From: an uncultured Acidimicrobiia bacterium
GTDB lineage: Bacteria > Actinomycetota > Acidimicrobiia > Spongiisociales > UBA5794
DNA length: 64,000 bases
Direction of reading: 5' to 3'
Assembly (NCBI GenBank): GCA_963792895.1
Contig: CAWBYA010000007.1
Coordinates: forward strand, 986,305 to 1,050,304
The notes below the pieces were generated by a model, which ran no database searches, had not been told where the DNA came from, and saw only the letters and a list, made by a program, of their open reading frames with translations. Numbering within the stretch: the first letter of the stretch is position 1; the number at the start of each line of letters is the position of its first letter. Of this stretch, positions 20,561-30,105 are shown one piece after another. A program made the translations under genes and the position numbers.

Positions 20561-21633
20561 GCGAGCCGGGCGAGTCGGCTGCACCCCGCATCAGCCGGCG
20601 CGAGGCGCTGAAGAGGGTCGGTGGTGGCAGCTTGACGGTGCTCGGTGCTGGCGTCGTCGTCGGTGCGGTGGGCACCCATGCCGCAGCACACGCCGCAGGC
20701 GCAGCAGGCGCTCCGGCGGCAGATACGCACGGTGACGGCGCAGCGCACTACGGGGACGGCCGGGTTTCGGCCGAGCTGCCGACCGGCGCCGCTGCGGGAC
20801 CGTATGGCGGCGACTACTCACCACCCGATGGGCTCGGCTTGGGCGACCTGGACGCGCTCACCTTTCCTCCACGGCCGACGTCAGGCACGGTCGAGGTGGA
20901 GATGACCGTCGTCGAGCGGTCGCTCCAAGTGAGCCGGGCGCACACAGTCGACGCCTGGACCTACAACGGCACCGCGCCGGGACCGACCATCCGTGCGACC
21001 GAGGGCGAGTTGATCCGGGTGCGCTTTCGCAATGCCACAGGCCGCGACCACAACCTGCACTTCCACGGCAGGCATTCGCCGCTCCACGACGGCTGGGAGC
21101 CGGTGCCGCCCGGCGCCGAGACCGTGTACGAGATCGAGGCCGGGCCCGCCGGGGTCCATCCCTATCACTGCCACACGATGCCCATCGATCGGCACATCGC
21201 CAGGGGCCTGTACGGCACGCTGATCGTCGATCCGCCGGGTGGCCGCCCTGATGCCCACGAGGTGGTGCTCGCGCTGTCCGGGTGGGACGTCGACGACGAT
21301 GGGCGCAACGAGGTGTATGCGTGGAACGGTGTTGCGGGCTTCTACGAGAAGTACCCGATCAAGCTGCCTGCCGGCGAGCCGGTGCGTGCGTATGTGCTCA
21401 ACATGACCGAGTTCGACCCGGTGGCGAGCTTCCACCTCCACGCCGAGACGTTCGCCGTGTACCCGGCGGGGATGGGCGAGCGCCCGGCCTTCACGACCGA
21501 CATCGTCACGTTCGGCCAGATGGACCGGGCGATCGTCGAGTTCACGCTGTCCGAGATCGGCCGCTATATGTTCCATCCCCACCAGCACACGGTCATGAGC
21601 CGCGGTGCGATGGGCTGGTTCGCCGCGATCTGA
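20557..21633 (+). CDS. Tat-secreted multicopper oxidase (two-domain laccase/NirK-like)
   Basis: GTGA overlap with the upstream gene. Tat motif SRREALKRVGGGSLTVLGAG. Copper ligand motifs HNLHFHG, HPYHCH, HLHAETF, HPHQH. Confidence 0.8.
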   Translation: MSEPGESAAPRISRREALKRVGGGSLTVLGAGVVVGAVGTHAAAHAAGAAGAPAADTHGDGAAHYGDGRVSAELPTGAAAGPYGGDYSPPDGLGLGDLDALTFPPRPTSGTVEVEMTVVERSLQVSRAHTVDAWTYNGTAPGPTIRATEGELIRVRFRNATGRDHNLHFHGRHSPLHDGWEPVPPGAETVYEIEAGPAGVHPYHCHTMPIDRHIARGLYGTLIVDPPGGRPDAHEVVLALSGWDVDDDGRNEVYAWNGVAGFYEKYPIKLPAGEPVRAYVLNMTEFDPVASFHLHAETFAVYPAGMGERPAFTTDIVTFGQMDRAIVEFTLSEIGRYMFHPHQHTVMSRGAMGWFAAI

Positions 21634-21773
21634 TCCGGGTGAATGTCGAGCCGCTCACTCGGCAAGGTGTCCAGCCGGCGACGAACGGCGAGTCACGCCG
21701 GCTTTCGCCGCTCCCCTGGGAAGCGACAACACATCGATGCACTCCCGAGGCGGCGTCACGTAGTGTTTGTCGC

Positions 21774-22112
21774 ATGTGGATCCTGTTTGAGGTGCCGTGT
21801 CCGACCCCCGACGGCCGCACTGCGCGTGACCTCTACCAGTATCGGGTGGATCGAATCAGCCCCGAGATGCAAGCCAGCGCCAAGGCGCACGGCTGCCGAT
21901 TCCATCGCGCGTGGTACACACCCGACGGTTCGGCGTTCTATGCGGTCGCCTGCTGGGACACTCGAGAAAGTGCGCAAGCGTTCTTCGATGAGTGGAACAT
22001 CGAGGACGAACCAGGGGAGGTTGCGCATGTCCTCGAGGGCGACGTCGGCCTCATCCCCCTGCCGTATGGGGGTGCTGAAAAGGCGCAGCGAGGGCTCGGA
22101 ACGCCTTCCTGA
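21774..22112 (+). CDS. DUF4242-like small protein
   Basis: MWILFEVPCPTPDGRTARDLYQYRVDRISPEMQASAKAHGCRFHRAWYTPDGSAFYAVACWDTRESAQAFFDEWN resembles the DUF4242 pattern. Coordinates are taken from the ORF track. Confidence 0.45.
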   Translation: MWILFEVPCPTPDGRTARDLYQYRVDRISPEMQASAKAHGCRFHRAWYTPDGSAFYAVACWDTRESAQAFFDEWNIEDEPGEVAHVLEGDVGLIPLPYGGAEKAQRGLGTPS

Positions 22113-22249
22113 GTGATGTTGATCAGCTCCAAATCCTGTCGTTCCGAGTCCGCCGAACCATCCTTCAGCACCCTCCCTAACCCTACGGTCGATCGCAGCG
22201 CCCCGACCGGACGTTCGCCCGGCCGGGGCGGTGGTGCGTCCTTGGTGCG

Positions 22250-23038
22250 TCAATACGGCGAAGGGAGCGCCTCGCCGGTCTCGAGCAGGCTCTTGAGCCC
22301 CGACACGATGTAGGGGAACCCGTTGACGAAGTCCTCGTAGGTGGCGCCACCGACGGCGACGTCGTACAGCTCGATCGTGAGCTCCGCCATGCCGTTCACT
22401 TCGCGAATCTCCCAGACCTCCCTGGCCGGCCCTTCCGCCACCAGCTTCTCGTCCCAGAGCGCCTGGAAGGTGAACTCGAGGCGCTTTGGCTGGTCGATGG
22501 CGATGATCTCGCCCTCGCTGACGAGGCCGCCATTTGCGTCGTAGTAGTTCATCGAGCTGCCGACCTCCCAGTCGGACTCCACTCGTGTGCCGTAGAAGTA
22601 CTGGACGGTCTTGTCGCCGTTGACGATCGCATCCCACACGTCTTCGATCGCAGCTCGGATGTAGGCCTTGTAGATGTGAGCGGGTTTGTCCATGGCTGAT
22701 CCTCTCTCGAGATGAGCCTTGAGTCCGGCGATCGCTCCGATCCGTGGCTCTGCGTATTTGCTGATCCAGCGATCGTGGATCAGCCGGATGGGGACGGGGT
22801 TCAGGTAGTGGTACTTGGAGCGGCCCAGCTTGCGGGTCGTCACCAATGCCGCCTCCTCGAGGATCCGGAGATGGTTCATGACGCCATACCGGGTCATCTC
22901 GGGAAGGAGCAGGCACAGCTCGCCCAGCGTCTGCCCGTCCTGCTCGAACAACGCATCGAGCAAACAGCGCCGACTGGGGTCGTTGACTGCTTTGAACACC
23001 TCGTCCACGCCGGGGACAATAGGTGAGTAATCACTCAC
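22250..23038 (-). CDS. ArsR-family HTH regulator fused to SRPBCC/AHSA1-like domain
   Basis: N-terminal ArsR wHTH (RRCLLDALFEQDGQTLGELCLLLPEMTRYGVMNHLRILEEAALV) plus a C-terminal Aha1/SRPBCC-like domain. Confidence 0.7.
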   Translation of the reverse strand: MSDYSPIVPGVDEVFKAVNDPSRRCLLDALFEQDGQTLGELCLLLPEMTRYGVMNHLRILEEAALVTTRKLGRSKYHYLNPVPIRLIHDRWISKYAEPRIGAIAGLKAHLERGSAMDKPAHIYKAYIRAAIEDVWDAIVNGDKTVQYFYGTRVESDWEVGSSMNYYDANGGLVSEGEIIAIDQPKRLEFTFQALWDEKLVAEGPAREVWEIREVNGMAELTIELYDVAVGGATYEDFVNGFPYIVSGLKSLLETGEALPSPY

Positions 23039-23425
23039 ATGTCAAGAAGCGAGGGAGGGCCGACCACACCGATGACCGGTCTGGTCGCCGGCGGCGCGAG
23101 CATGGGACCCGTTGGGCGATTGCGGTACCGGAGCGCTGATGCGAGCATCCGGCGACTCTTGCGGAGGGAGGTCTGGTGAACGCTCTATGTCGATGGAGCC
23201 GTGGACACGGTGGAGAGCACGGTGCCGTCACCGATGTCGGAGCGGTTCCGGCCGGCTCGCAGGTGACCGTGACGCGGCCCTACGAGGGCGCGACGAGTTG
23301 AGGAAGACTCCGCCGGCTCGGAGTCCTTCATCAAGGAGCCCGAAAAGGCGTTCCATGAGCGCAGCCGGCGGCGTTGTCGCTCTGGCCGTGACGGTACCGC
23401 ATTGACGAGAAGGGATGCCGGAGCG

Positions 23426-25304
23426 ATGACGGAGGAATGGACGGTCACCTCGCCGGACGGGCGAGTGGTCTTGACCCTGAGAGAGACCGCCGATCCAATC
23501 GGCGGTACCCGGTTCGAGTATGCCGTGGCCCGGGACGGGCAACCCGTGCTCGATCGATCCCGGCTCGGGATTCAGACGGAGACGGCGGACTTCTCTGCGG
23601 GTCTCCAACTCGAATCCGCGGGCGCCGAGGTGCGGGTTGAGGATGCGTACACGCTGGTGCACGGGAAGCAGCGTGTGGTCGAGTCTGTGGGTACCGAGCG
23701 GAGGTTCGTGCTGCGGTCGAGCACGGGTGAGGTGATGACGCTGATCCTGCGTGCGTACGACACGGGGGTGGCGTTCCGTTATCGCTTCTCTGAGGGGCGC
23801 AAAGACGTTGTGCGCGCCACCGACGAATTGACGGAGTTCAGCTTCGCTGCGGGAGGTCGGGCCTGGTTGTTGCCGCACCAACTCCCCGACGTCTCCGGTC
23901 CGGCGTACGAGAATGCCTATGTCAACGGTGTCGACATCGGCCACGGCTCCCCGATACCGGGATGGCTGTTCCCCGCGCTGTTCCAGACCGCCGACACGTG
24001 GGTGTTGTTGACGGAGGCGGACCTCGACGCCACCTATTCGGCGGGCCATCTCCGCCCCAACCCGGTTGGGTTCACGTATCGCATGGCGTTCCCGCAGCCG
24101 TCGGAGGCGCTTGGGCTCGGCTCCCGGCTCCCCGAGAACCATGGACCGTGGCAGACCCCGTGGCGGGTCGCCATGGTCGGGGATCTCACGACGATCTTCG
24201 GAAGCACCTTGGTGCACGACCTCTCCCGGCCGTCCCAGGTCGAAGACACGACTTGGATTCGCCCCGGTCGAGTGTCGTGGAGTTGGTGGTCCAATCACGA
24301 GAGCCCACGAGATGTTGCAGCTCTCGAGTCATTCGTGGATCTCGCCGCCGACATGGGCTGGGAGCACACGCTGATCGATGCAAACTGGAACCTCATGCCG
24401 GTGGAGGATCTCGAGAAGGTCATCGCGCACCGTGCGAAGCCGGGGGGTCGGCGTGTTTCTCTGGTACAACTCGGGTGGGCCGAACAACCGGGTGACCGAG
24501 GAGCCGCGCGACCGTATGTTCGACCGTTCGGTCCGGCAGGAAGAGATGGCATGGCTCGCCGAGGCAGGCGTCTCCGGCATCAAGGTCGACTTCTTCCACT
24601 CCGACAAGCAGGCCGGCATCAAGCTGTATCTCGACATCCTCGCCGACGCCGCGGAGGCCGGGTTGATGGTGAACTTCCATGGTTCGACCATCCCGCGGGG
24701 GTGGGAGCGAACGTGGCCGAACCTGATGTCGATGGAAGGGGTGCGGGGCGCCGAGCAATACGAATTCCGGCCGACGTACCCGGAAGAGGCGCCGTGGCAC
24801 AACACCGTATTGGCCTTCACGCGCAACGTCGTCGGCCCCATGGATTACACGCCCGTGACATTCTCAGATGCGATGTACCCCCACGTCACGACGAATGCGC
24901 ACGAGCTGGCGCTTGCCGTCGTATTCGAGTCGTCGCTCCAGCACTTCGCCGACAGCGTCGAGTCCTACCGCGCGCAGCCGCCCGAGGTTGTTGACTACCT
25001 GCGGACAGTGCCAACCGTTTGGGACGAGACGAGGCTCCTCGCCGGCGAGCCTGGGCGCTATGCCGTTGTGGCGAGGCGGAGTGGTGCACAGTGGTTCGTA
25101 GCCGGCATCAACGGTGTCGACGAGCCGCGGTCGATCAGTCTCTCGCCGAGCGACCTCGGTATCGACGGCAGAGTCCGCGTCATCTCGGATGGTGCCGATG
25201 CGCGTTCATTCGCCATCGTCGATGGAGAGCTCGGCCCGGATGCGACCCTCGACGTCACGATGGCGCCGTTCGGCGGATTCTCCGCGCTGGTCCCCGCAAG
25301 CTAG
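23426..25304 (+). CDS. glycoside hydrolase family 97-like protein; apparent frameshift at G6 run 24442-24447
   Basis: GH97-like N-terminal domain in frame 2, then GVGVFLWYNSGG...GIKVDFFHSDKQ...MVNFHGSTIPRGWERTWPNLMSMEGVRGAE in frame 3. Removing one G gives VIAHRAKPGVGVFLWYN. Confidence 0.7.
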
Positions 25305-25498
25305 CGCCTACACATGCGCCCGGCTCGGGCGAGACCTTCGGTTGGTCCCGCCCGAACCGTTCCCCGGCTGCGAAGCCGGCTCTCGACCGGCTCGCCCATT
25401 CGTGCCCGGCATTCGTCCTCCGCGGACACTCGACGGAGATCTTCCCTGTCACGTAGTCGTCTGTCCGGACGTGTCCAGGTCCGGGCATATAGGTTTGA

Positions 25499-26068
25499 GT
25501 GAACGGGAGCACCATGGCGAGAGACGAGGATTGGTTCGACCGCCTCTACACGAGGCATCGAGCAGCCCTGCTCGCATATTGCGCACGCAGGGTAGGCCCC
25601 GTCGACGCCCACGACGCAGTATCGGAAGTGTTCTCCGTTGCGTGGCGACGGCGGGACGACATCCCGACCGCCAAACGCGAGTTGCCTTGGTTGTACGGGG
25701 TTGCCCGCAATGTGGTGTCGCACCACTGGCGGAGCGACCGCAGGTCGCGCCGGCTCGTCGAGAAGGTGGGTGCGATGCACGCTCCTTCCGAGCCCGGCCC
25801 CGACGCTCTGGTGGTGGAGCGCTCCGAGCATGCAGCGGTGCGCGAAGCCGTTGCGGCGCTCAAGCGGACGGACCGCGAAGTGCTGTTGCTCTCGGCATGG
25901 GAGGGCATGACCCACGGCGAGATCGCCTCAGTGGTCGGCTGCTCGCAGGCTGCGGTCGACAAGAGGCTGGCGAGGGCCAAGACCCGTCTCGCCAAGCAAT
26001 ACGAGAGGGTGAACGAATCTCATGCGCTCTCCCCGGCGCGGAAATCGGAAGGAGGTGGCGGGAGATGA
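25499..26068 (+). CDS. ECF (sigma-70 family) RNA polymerase sigma factor
   Basis: Regions 2 and 4 are recognisable (FDRLYTRHRAALLAYCARRVG...; LSAWEGMTHGEIASVVGCSQAAVDKRLARAK). Confidence 0.85.
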   Translation: MNGSTMARDEDWFDRLYTRHRAALLAYCARRVGPVDAHDAVSEVFSVAWRRRDDIPTAKRELPWLYGVARNVVSHHWRSDRRSRRLVEKVGAMHAPSEPGPDALVVERSEHAAVREAVAALKRTDREVLLLSAWEGMTHGEIASVVGCSQAAVDKRLARAKTRLAKQYERVNESHALSPARKSEGGGGR

Positions 26069-27462
26069 CGTCTGAGCGTGTGTATGCCCTCTTGGTCGAG
26101 GCGAATCCGGTGCCCGATCCGGACGCCTATCTCGAGGCGGCGGACGCCGATCGATCCCCGCTCCACCTCGTCGAGTCGAGGAGAGCAAAGATGAAGACAG
26201 AGGAAGACATTCGCCGCATCAGTGCCGAACCGTCGACGCGCCCGCCATGGCTGGCGGCAGTGGCGGCTGCGATCCTCATTCTGATCGCAGTCGGGGCGGT
26301 GGCGTGGTTTGCAGGCGGCGACGAAGCGCCGGTCGTGGACGAGCCGCCACCGGCGACGGTGGCCGAAACGAACGCAAGCACAGATGCCACCGCGGCAACG
26401 GAGGCGTTCCTTACAGCGTTGTCGATAGGCGACATCGACGAGGTGGAGCGGATCACAAACCCGGGCGGAGAGCTGTCGGTCGCCGAGCGGCGGCTGTGGG
26501 AGTTCCATGCCGCGCTGTCGGCTGCCGGCTACGGCGATCGGTTCGGGTCGTGCACTGCCACTCCGGCGACGGATGGTCGCACGGTTCCTGTCGCCTGCCC
26601 GGCCGTCACTGGTGACCCTGTGATGATCGCGTTTGGAATCACAGAGTTGGTGTGGCCATTCGAGTACTTCCCGGAGAGCGGGAGGCTGGCGTGGAGGCCC
26701 TTTGAGGGCGTGGACATCAGTGCCGTCAATCGGGCGACTGCCGACTATCTCGCGACGTTCCATGCAGACGAGTATTCGGCGGTCTGTGACCCTGCGGCCT
26801 ACAACTTCCAGGGGGTCGTGATGGACCGGGGTCTCGCCATAACGGGAGAGTGCGGCGAGGTGCTCGTTCCGCTCCTGGAGGACATCGCCACCTGGATCGA
26901 GGCCGGTCAACCCGTGCCGGAGGATGCGCTGGGTTCGGTTGAGGCGTTCTTCGCAGCGTTGACCGCCGGCGACATCGACGAGGTGGAGCAACTCGCGGCA
27001 CCACAAGGCGAGATGTCGGAGTCCGACCGGCGGATGTGGGGCTTCAATGCCGCCATGTACGCCGCCGGCTACGGGATGCAGCCGGGCGAGTGCTCGGCAA
27101 TCAGGGATGCCGCCGACGGCCGGATTGCGGTGCGCTGCCCGGTTGAGGTGGTGGATCCCGTGTTCAATGCCGTCGGGATAACCGAGCTCGTGATGCCATT
27201 CGACTACTTCCCGGCTACGGGACAGCTGGCGTGGCGGCCGTTCGAGGGCGGGGATTTCTCGCTCGCCAACGCAGCGATGGCCGAGTATCTGCGGGCGTTC
27301 CGTACCGCGGAATACGACGCCGCGTGTGACCCTGCGGCGTACGGCTTCGTGGGGATCGTGTTCGACCGCGGACTGGCGTTGTCGCCGGAGTGCGGCGAGT
27401 TGGTGGCCCCCTTGCTCGACGAGATTGCGACCTGGGTCGAGGCGGGCCGGCCCACGGGCTGA
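26065..27462 (+). CDS. membrane-anchored anti-sigma factor with tandemly duplicated extracytoplasmic domain
   Basis: ATGA overlap with the sigma factor; single TM (WLAAVAAAILILIAVGAVAWFAG); two ~170-aa repeats beginning AFLTALSIGDIDEVE / AFFAALTAGDIDEVE, each with four conserved Cys. Confidence 0.6.
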   Translation: MTSERVYALLVEANPVPDPDAYLEAADADRSPLHLVESRRAKMKTEEDIRRISAEPSTRPPWLAAVAAAILILIAVGAVAWFAGGDEAPVVDEPPPATVAETNASTDATAATEAFLTALSIGDIDEVERITNPGGELSVAERRLWEFHAALSAAGYGDRFGSCTATPATDGRTVPVACPAVTGDPVMIAFGITELVWPFEYFPESGRLAWRPFEGVDISAVNRATADYLATFHADEYSAVCDPAAYNFQGVVMDRGLAITGECGEVLVPLLEDIATWIEAGQPVPEDALGSVEAFFAALTAGDIDEVEQLAAPQGEMSESDRRMWGFNAAMYAAGYGMQPGECSAIRDAADGRIAVRCPVEVVDPVFNAVGITELVMPFDYFPATGQLAWRPFEGGDFSLANAAMAEYLRAFRTAEYDAACDPAAYGFVGIVFDRGLALSPECGELVAPLLDEIATWVEAGRPTG

Positions 27463-27582
27463 CGGGCTGAATCGACGAGTGCCCGGCTGGGTAATGAGGC
27501 GAGGCTCCAGCCGGGCGGTGTAGGTGACAGATGCGGCGCACGCGGCAGCGCTCCGGCCGTGTGGTACCATCTTGGCTAGCGA

Positions 27583-27662
<80 letters not shown>

Positions 27663-27663
27663 G

Positions 27664-27689
27664 AACCCCCTGCACCGCAAGGGGTTTCG
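27664..27689 (+). terminator. hairpin + T-run after the tRNA
   Basis: aacccc...ggggtt stem followed by ttt. Confidence 0.4.
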
Positions 27690-27988
27690 GCGTATCTGGA
27701 GTCAGGCTCGGAGGCGGATCAGGCCCGACTTCTAACGGATCTTCTAACGGACCGATGGCAGGGTCACTCATCGTGAACCACATGCTGCGCGAGGAAGAGG
27801 CTCCGACCCCAGACGTGTGCCCCATCGTCGACGGCTACTGGGGAGGTCGTTGTGCACTTCGAGGACGGATGGTGCGCGTCTGAGCGTCGCATCGGCTCGT
27901 CCGCGCATCGATGACGTCCCGCGGGCGCACGAGACGCACAGCTCCGCTCCGAGAGGCTGCGGTACGCGGCGGTCTGAATCCCACGGAG

Positions 27989-28861
27989 TCATCGGTACTG
28001 GCCCAGTACCCTCTCCCAATAGCCCCAGCCCTCGTTCCAGTCTGGGGGCCAGCCGGGTATGGGGAGCCGATCTCCAACCAGGTTTGCGATCCGCCAGGCT
28101 CGATCGATCTCGCGGACCAGGAAGGAGACCCCGGAGACCGGGGTCGGTTCAAAGGCGATCGCCCCGTCAGGGTGGTGTGATAGGTCGACGAGCAGCACGA
28201 TCTCGCCGGCGTCCACCTTTCTGGATGCACTCGCAGCACCGAAGGTTCTCAAATCCTGCTGCGACCACGCCTCCCGGAACTGGTCCAGCTCCGTCTGCGC
28301 AAAGCTGGGCCAGAGTTCGTGCGTCGAGTGCTCCTCTGCCAGCGCCTGGGCTGCGAGGTCGCGGTCGAACCGCGCGACTGAAGGGTGACTCCGGTTGTTC
28401 CAGATCCAGGCCTGCGCGCGACACAGCCTCCAGTTGCTGTCAGCTTCTCGCCAGGCAAGTTCGTAGTCGCCGCCGTCGAGTATTGCGTGCACGAATCTAT
28501 TGACCGCCGCAACCGGCCCTGCAAAGTGGGCGGCCAGCTCGCCGGCGTTCTGACCCGTCCTCGCTGCCTGCTCCTCCAAGGCCGAGACCCAGATCACGCT
28601 TGTGCGCCGCACGACTCTCCTTTCGGCGATGAACAAGAGAGCGAAGAGCATCGCGCCTACACCGACCCTGAGACAGGCGCTCGGGAGGATGTTGTCGATG
28701 CTCCAGACCAGATTCATCAGAAGTCCCAGGACGATGAGCGACGCGCCGGCACCGCCGACGAGCCACAGCCAGATGACGTTGATCTCCTCGTCCAGTCGAA
28801 AGCCGCCGTAGACCGGGGCAACGCTCGACAGCCCGGGCTGCGCCTTCTTTCGCAATCTCAT
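27989..28861 (-). CDS. hypothetical membrane-anchored protein
   Basis: 290-aa ORF with good codon usage and an N-terminal TM segment; no recognisable family. Confidence 0.45.
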   Translation of the reverse strand: MRLRKKAQPGLSSVAPVYGGFRLDEEINVIWLWLVGGAGASLIVLGLLMNLVWSIDNILPSACLRVGVGAMLFALLFIAERRVVRRTSVIWVSALEEQAARTGQNAGELAAHFAGPVAAVNRFVHAILDGGDYELAWREADSNWRLCRAQAWIWNNRSHPSVARFDRDLAAQALAEEHSTHELWPSFAQTELDQFREAWSQQDLRTFGAASASRKVDAGEIVLLVDLSHHPDGAIAFEPTPVSGVSFLVREIDRAWRIANLVGDRLPIPGWPPDWNEGWGYWERVLGQYR

Positions 28862-28878
28862 GGCTCGGAGCCTCCAAC

Positions 28879-30105
28879 TCAGCCGGGCTCGAACACAAGC
28901 TTCCCGAACATCGCCGCAGCGTCAGCCTGCATCCCGGGGAGAACGTGTTGGTAGACCTGCATGGTGAAGGCGACGCTCGAGTGGCCGAGGCGTTCGCTGA
29001 CAACCTTGGGCGGGACACCTTCCTTGAGGAGAAGCGTGGCGTGCGTGTGCCGCAAGTCGTGCAGCCTGATACGGGGAAGGTCCATCTTGGCGATGAGGCG
29101 CTCGAAGGCCTGCGAGAAGTAGTCGGGGTGGAGCGGGTCGCCGTTGTGCTTGGCGAAGACGAAGCCTGATTCGTCGGTCCTTGCGCCGGTCTCCATGTCG
29201 TGTTCGAGCTGGTGTCGTCGCCACGATCGCAACACGGCGATCGTTCTCTGGTCGAGGTCGATGGTCCGCAGGCTGTGGGCGCTCTTCACGTCGGAGACGG
29301 TGACGTGGTAGTTGGGGGCTGTGACGTTCTGGGTGACCGCCAGGCGGCCGTTGTCGAAGTCGATCACTCGCCAGGTGAGCCCGAGCACTTCGCCGCGTCG
29401 CATTCCCGTGTTGGCCTTGACGTAGAACGCGTCGTACAGGTGGTGGCCCTCGATCAGCTCGAGGAAGCGCCGGAGCTCGTCCGCCGTCCAGACTCTCATC
29501 TTGGGTCGGGCTCGGGTCGTGAGCTTGGGCGGGTCGGCGAGCCCGGCGACGTTGCGGGTCACGGAACCCTTGCGGGTGGCGTCGGCGAGCGCTTTGTGGA
29601 TCACCGCGTGAACCAGTCGGACCGTCTTGGCGCTCAGCGGCCCACCGCCCTTGTTGTGCCGTCCATCGGCGAGCAGCGTGGCATAGAGCCCGTCGAGGTC
29701 CTCACGTATGAGGCGCTGCAGCGGGATCGAGCCGATGTAGGGCAGGACGTGAAGTCGGATGTTCGCCTGATAGGACGAGAAGGTCGACGGTGCCAGCGGT
29801 TGCCGCTGGGTGGGCAGCCAGCGTTCCAGGTACTCGCCGAGGGTGATCCGCTCGGGCGGCCGGTAGTCCCCGTCGTGGTGACGCTTGACCAGATCGGTCA
29901 GGACCCGTTCGGCTTCCTTGCGGGTCGAGCCGGCGGCATGCCAGCGGTGCCTCTCCTTGCCGGTGGTCGTCTCGGTATCGACGAGGAGATGGCGGCGTCG
30001 ATCGTGGATGAGGCGGTGGCAGGCGCTGGCGCAGCGGCAGTCGACGTGGCGTCCCGCCGAACTGGTCCGCGAGCTCGCCACCCACGTCCCCACCAACGTC
30101 ACCGT
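28879..30105 (-). CDS. int: tyrosine-type site-specific integrase (start uncertain)
   Basis: C-terminal catalytic box LHDLRHTHATLLLKEGVPPKVVSERLGHSSVAFTMQVYQHV (R...HxxR...Y), plus an N-terminal arm/SAM-like region (TGKERHRWHAAGSTRKEAERVL). Confidence 0.75.
   Translation of the reverse strand, partial: TVTLVGTWVASSRTSSAGRHVDCRCASACHRLIHDRRRHLLVDTETTTGKERHRWHAAGSTRKEAERVLTDLVKRHHDGDYRPPERITLGEYLERWLPTQRQPLAPSTFSSYQANIRLHVLPYIGSIPLQRLIREDLDGLYATLLADGRHNKGGGPLSAKTVRLVHAVIHKALADATRKGSVTRNVAGLADPPKLTTRARPKMRVWTADELRRFLELIEGHHLYDAFYVKANTGMRRGEVLGLTWRVIDFDNGRLAVTQNVTAPNYHVTVSDVKSAHSLRTIDLDQRTIAVLRSWRRHQLEHDMETGARTDESGFVFAKHNGDPLHPDYFSQAFERLIAKMDLPRIRLHDLRHTHATLLLKEGVPPKVVSERLGHSSVAFTMQVYQHVLPGMQADAAAMFGKLVFEPG

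Noticed and set aside
17789-20584. 931-aa minus-strand ORF
   Set aside because: It is antisense to the well-supported GNAT, cupredoxin/beta-helix and MCO genes, with a low-complexity Arg/Gly/His-rich translation typical of high-GC antisense frames. Only its last 41 codons (the selenoprotein N-terminus) are real.
23228-24298. 356-aa minus ORF
   Set aside because: Antisense to the GH97 gene.
26020-27570. 516-aa minus ORF
   Set aside because: Antisense to the anti-sigma factor gene and runs across its internal duplication.
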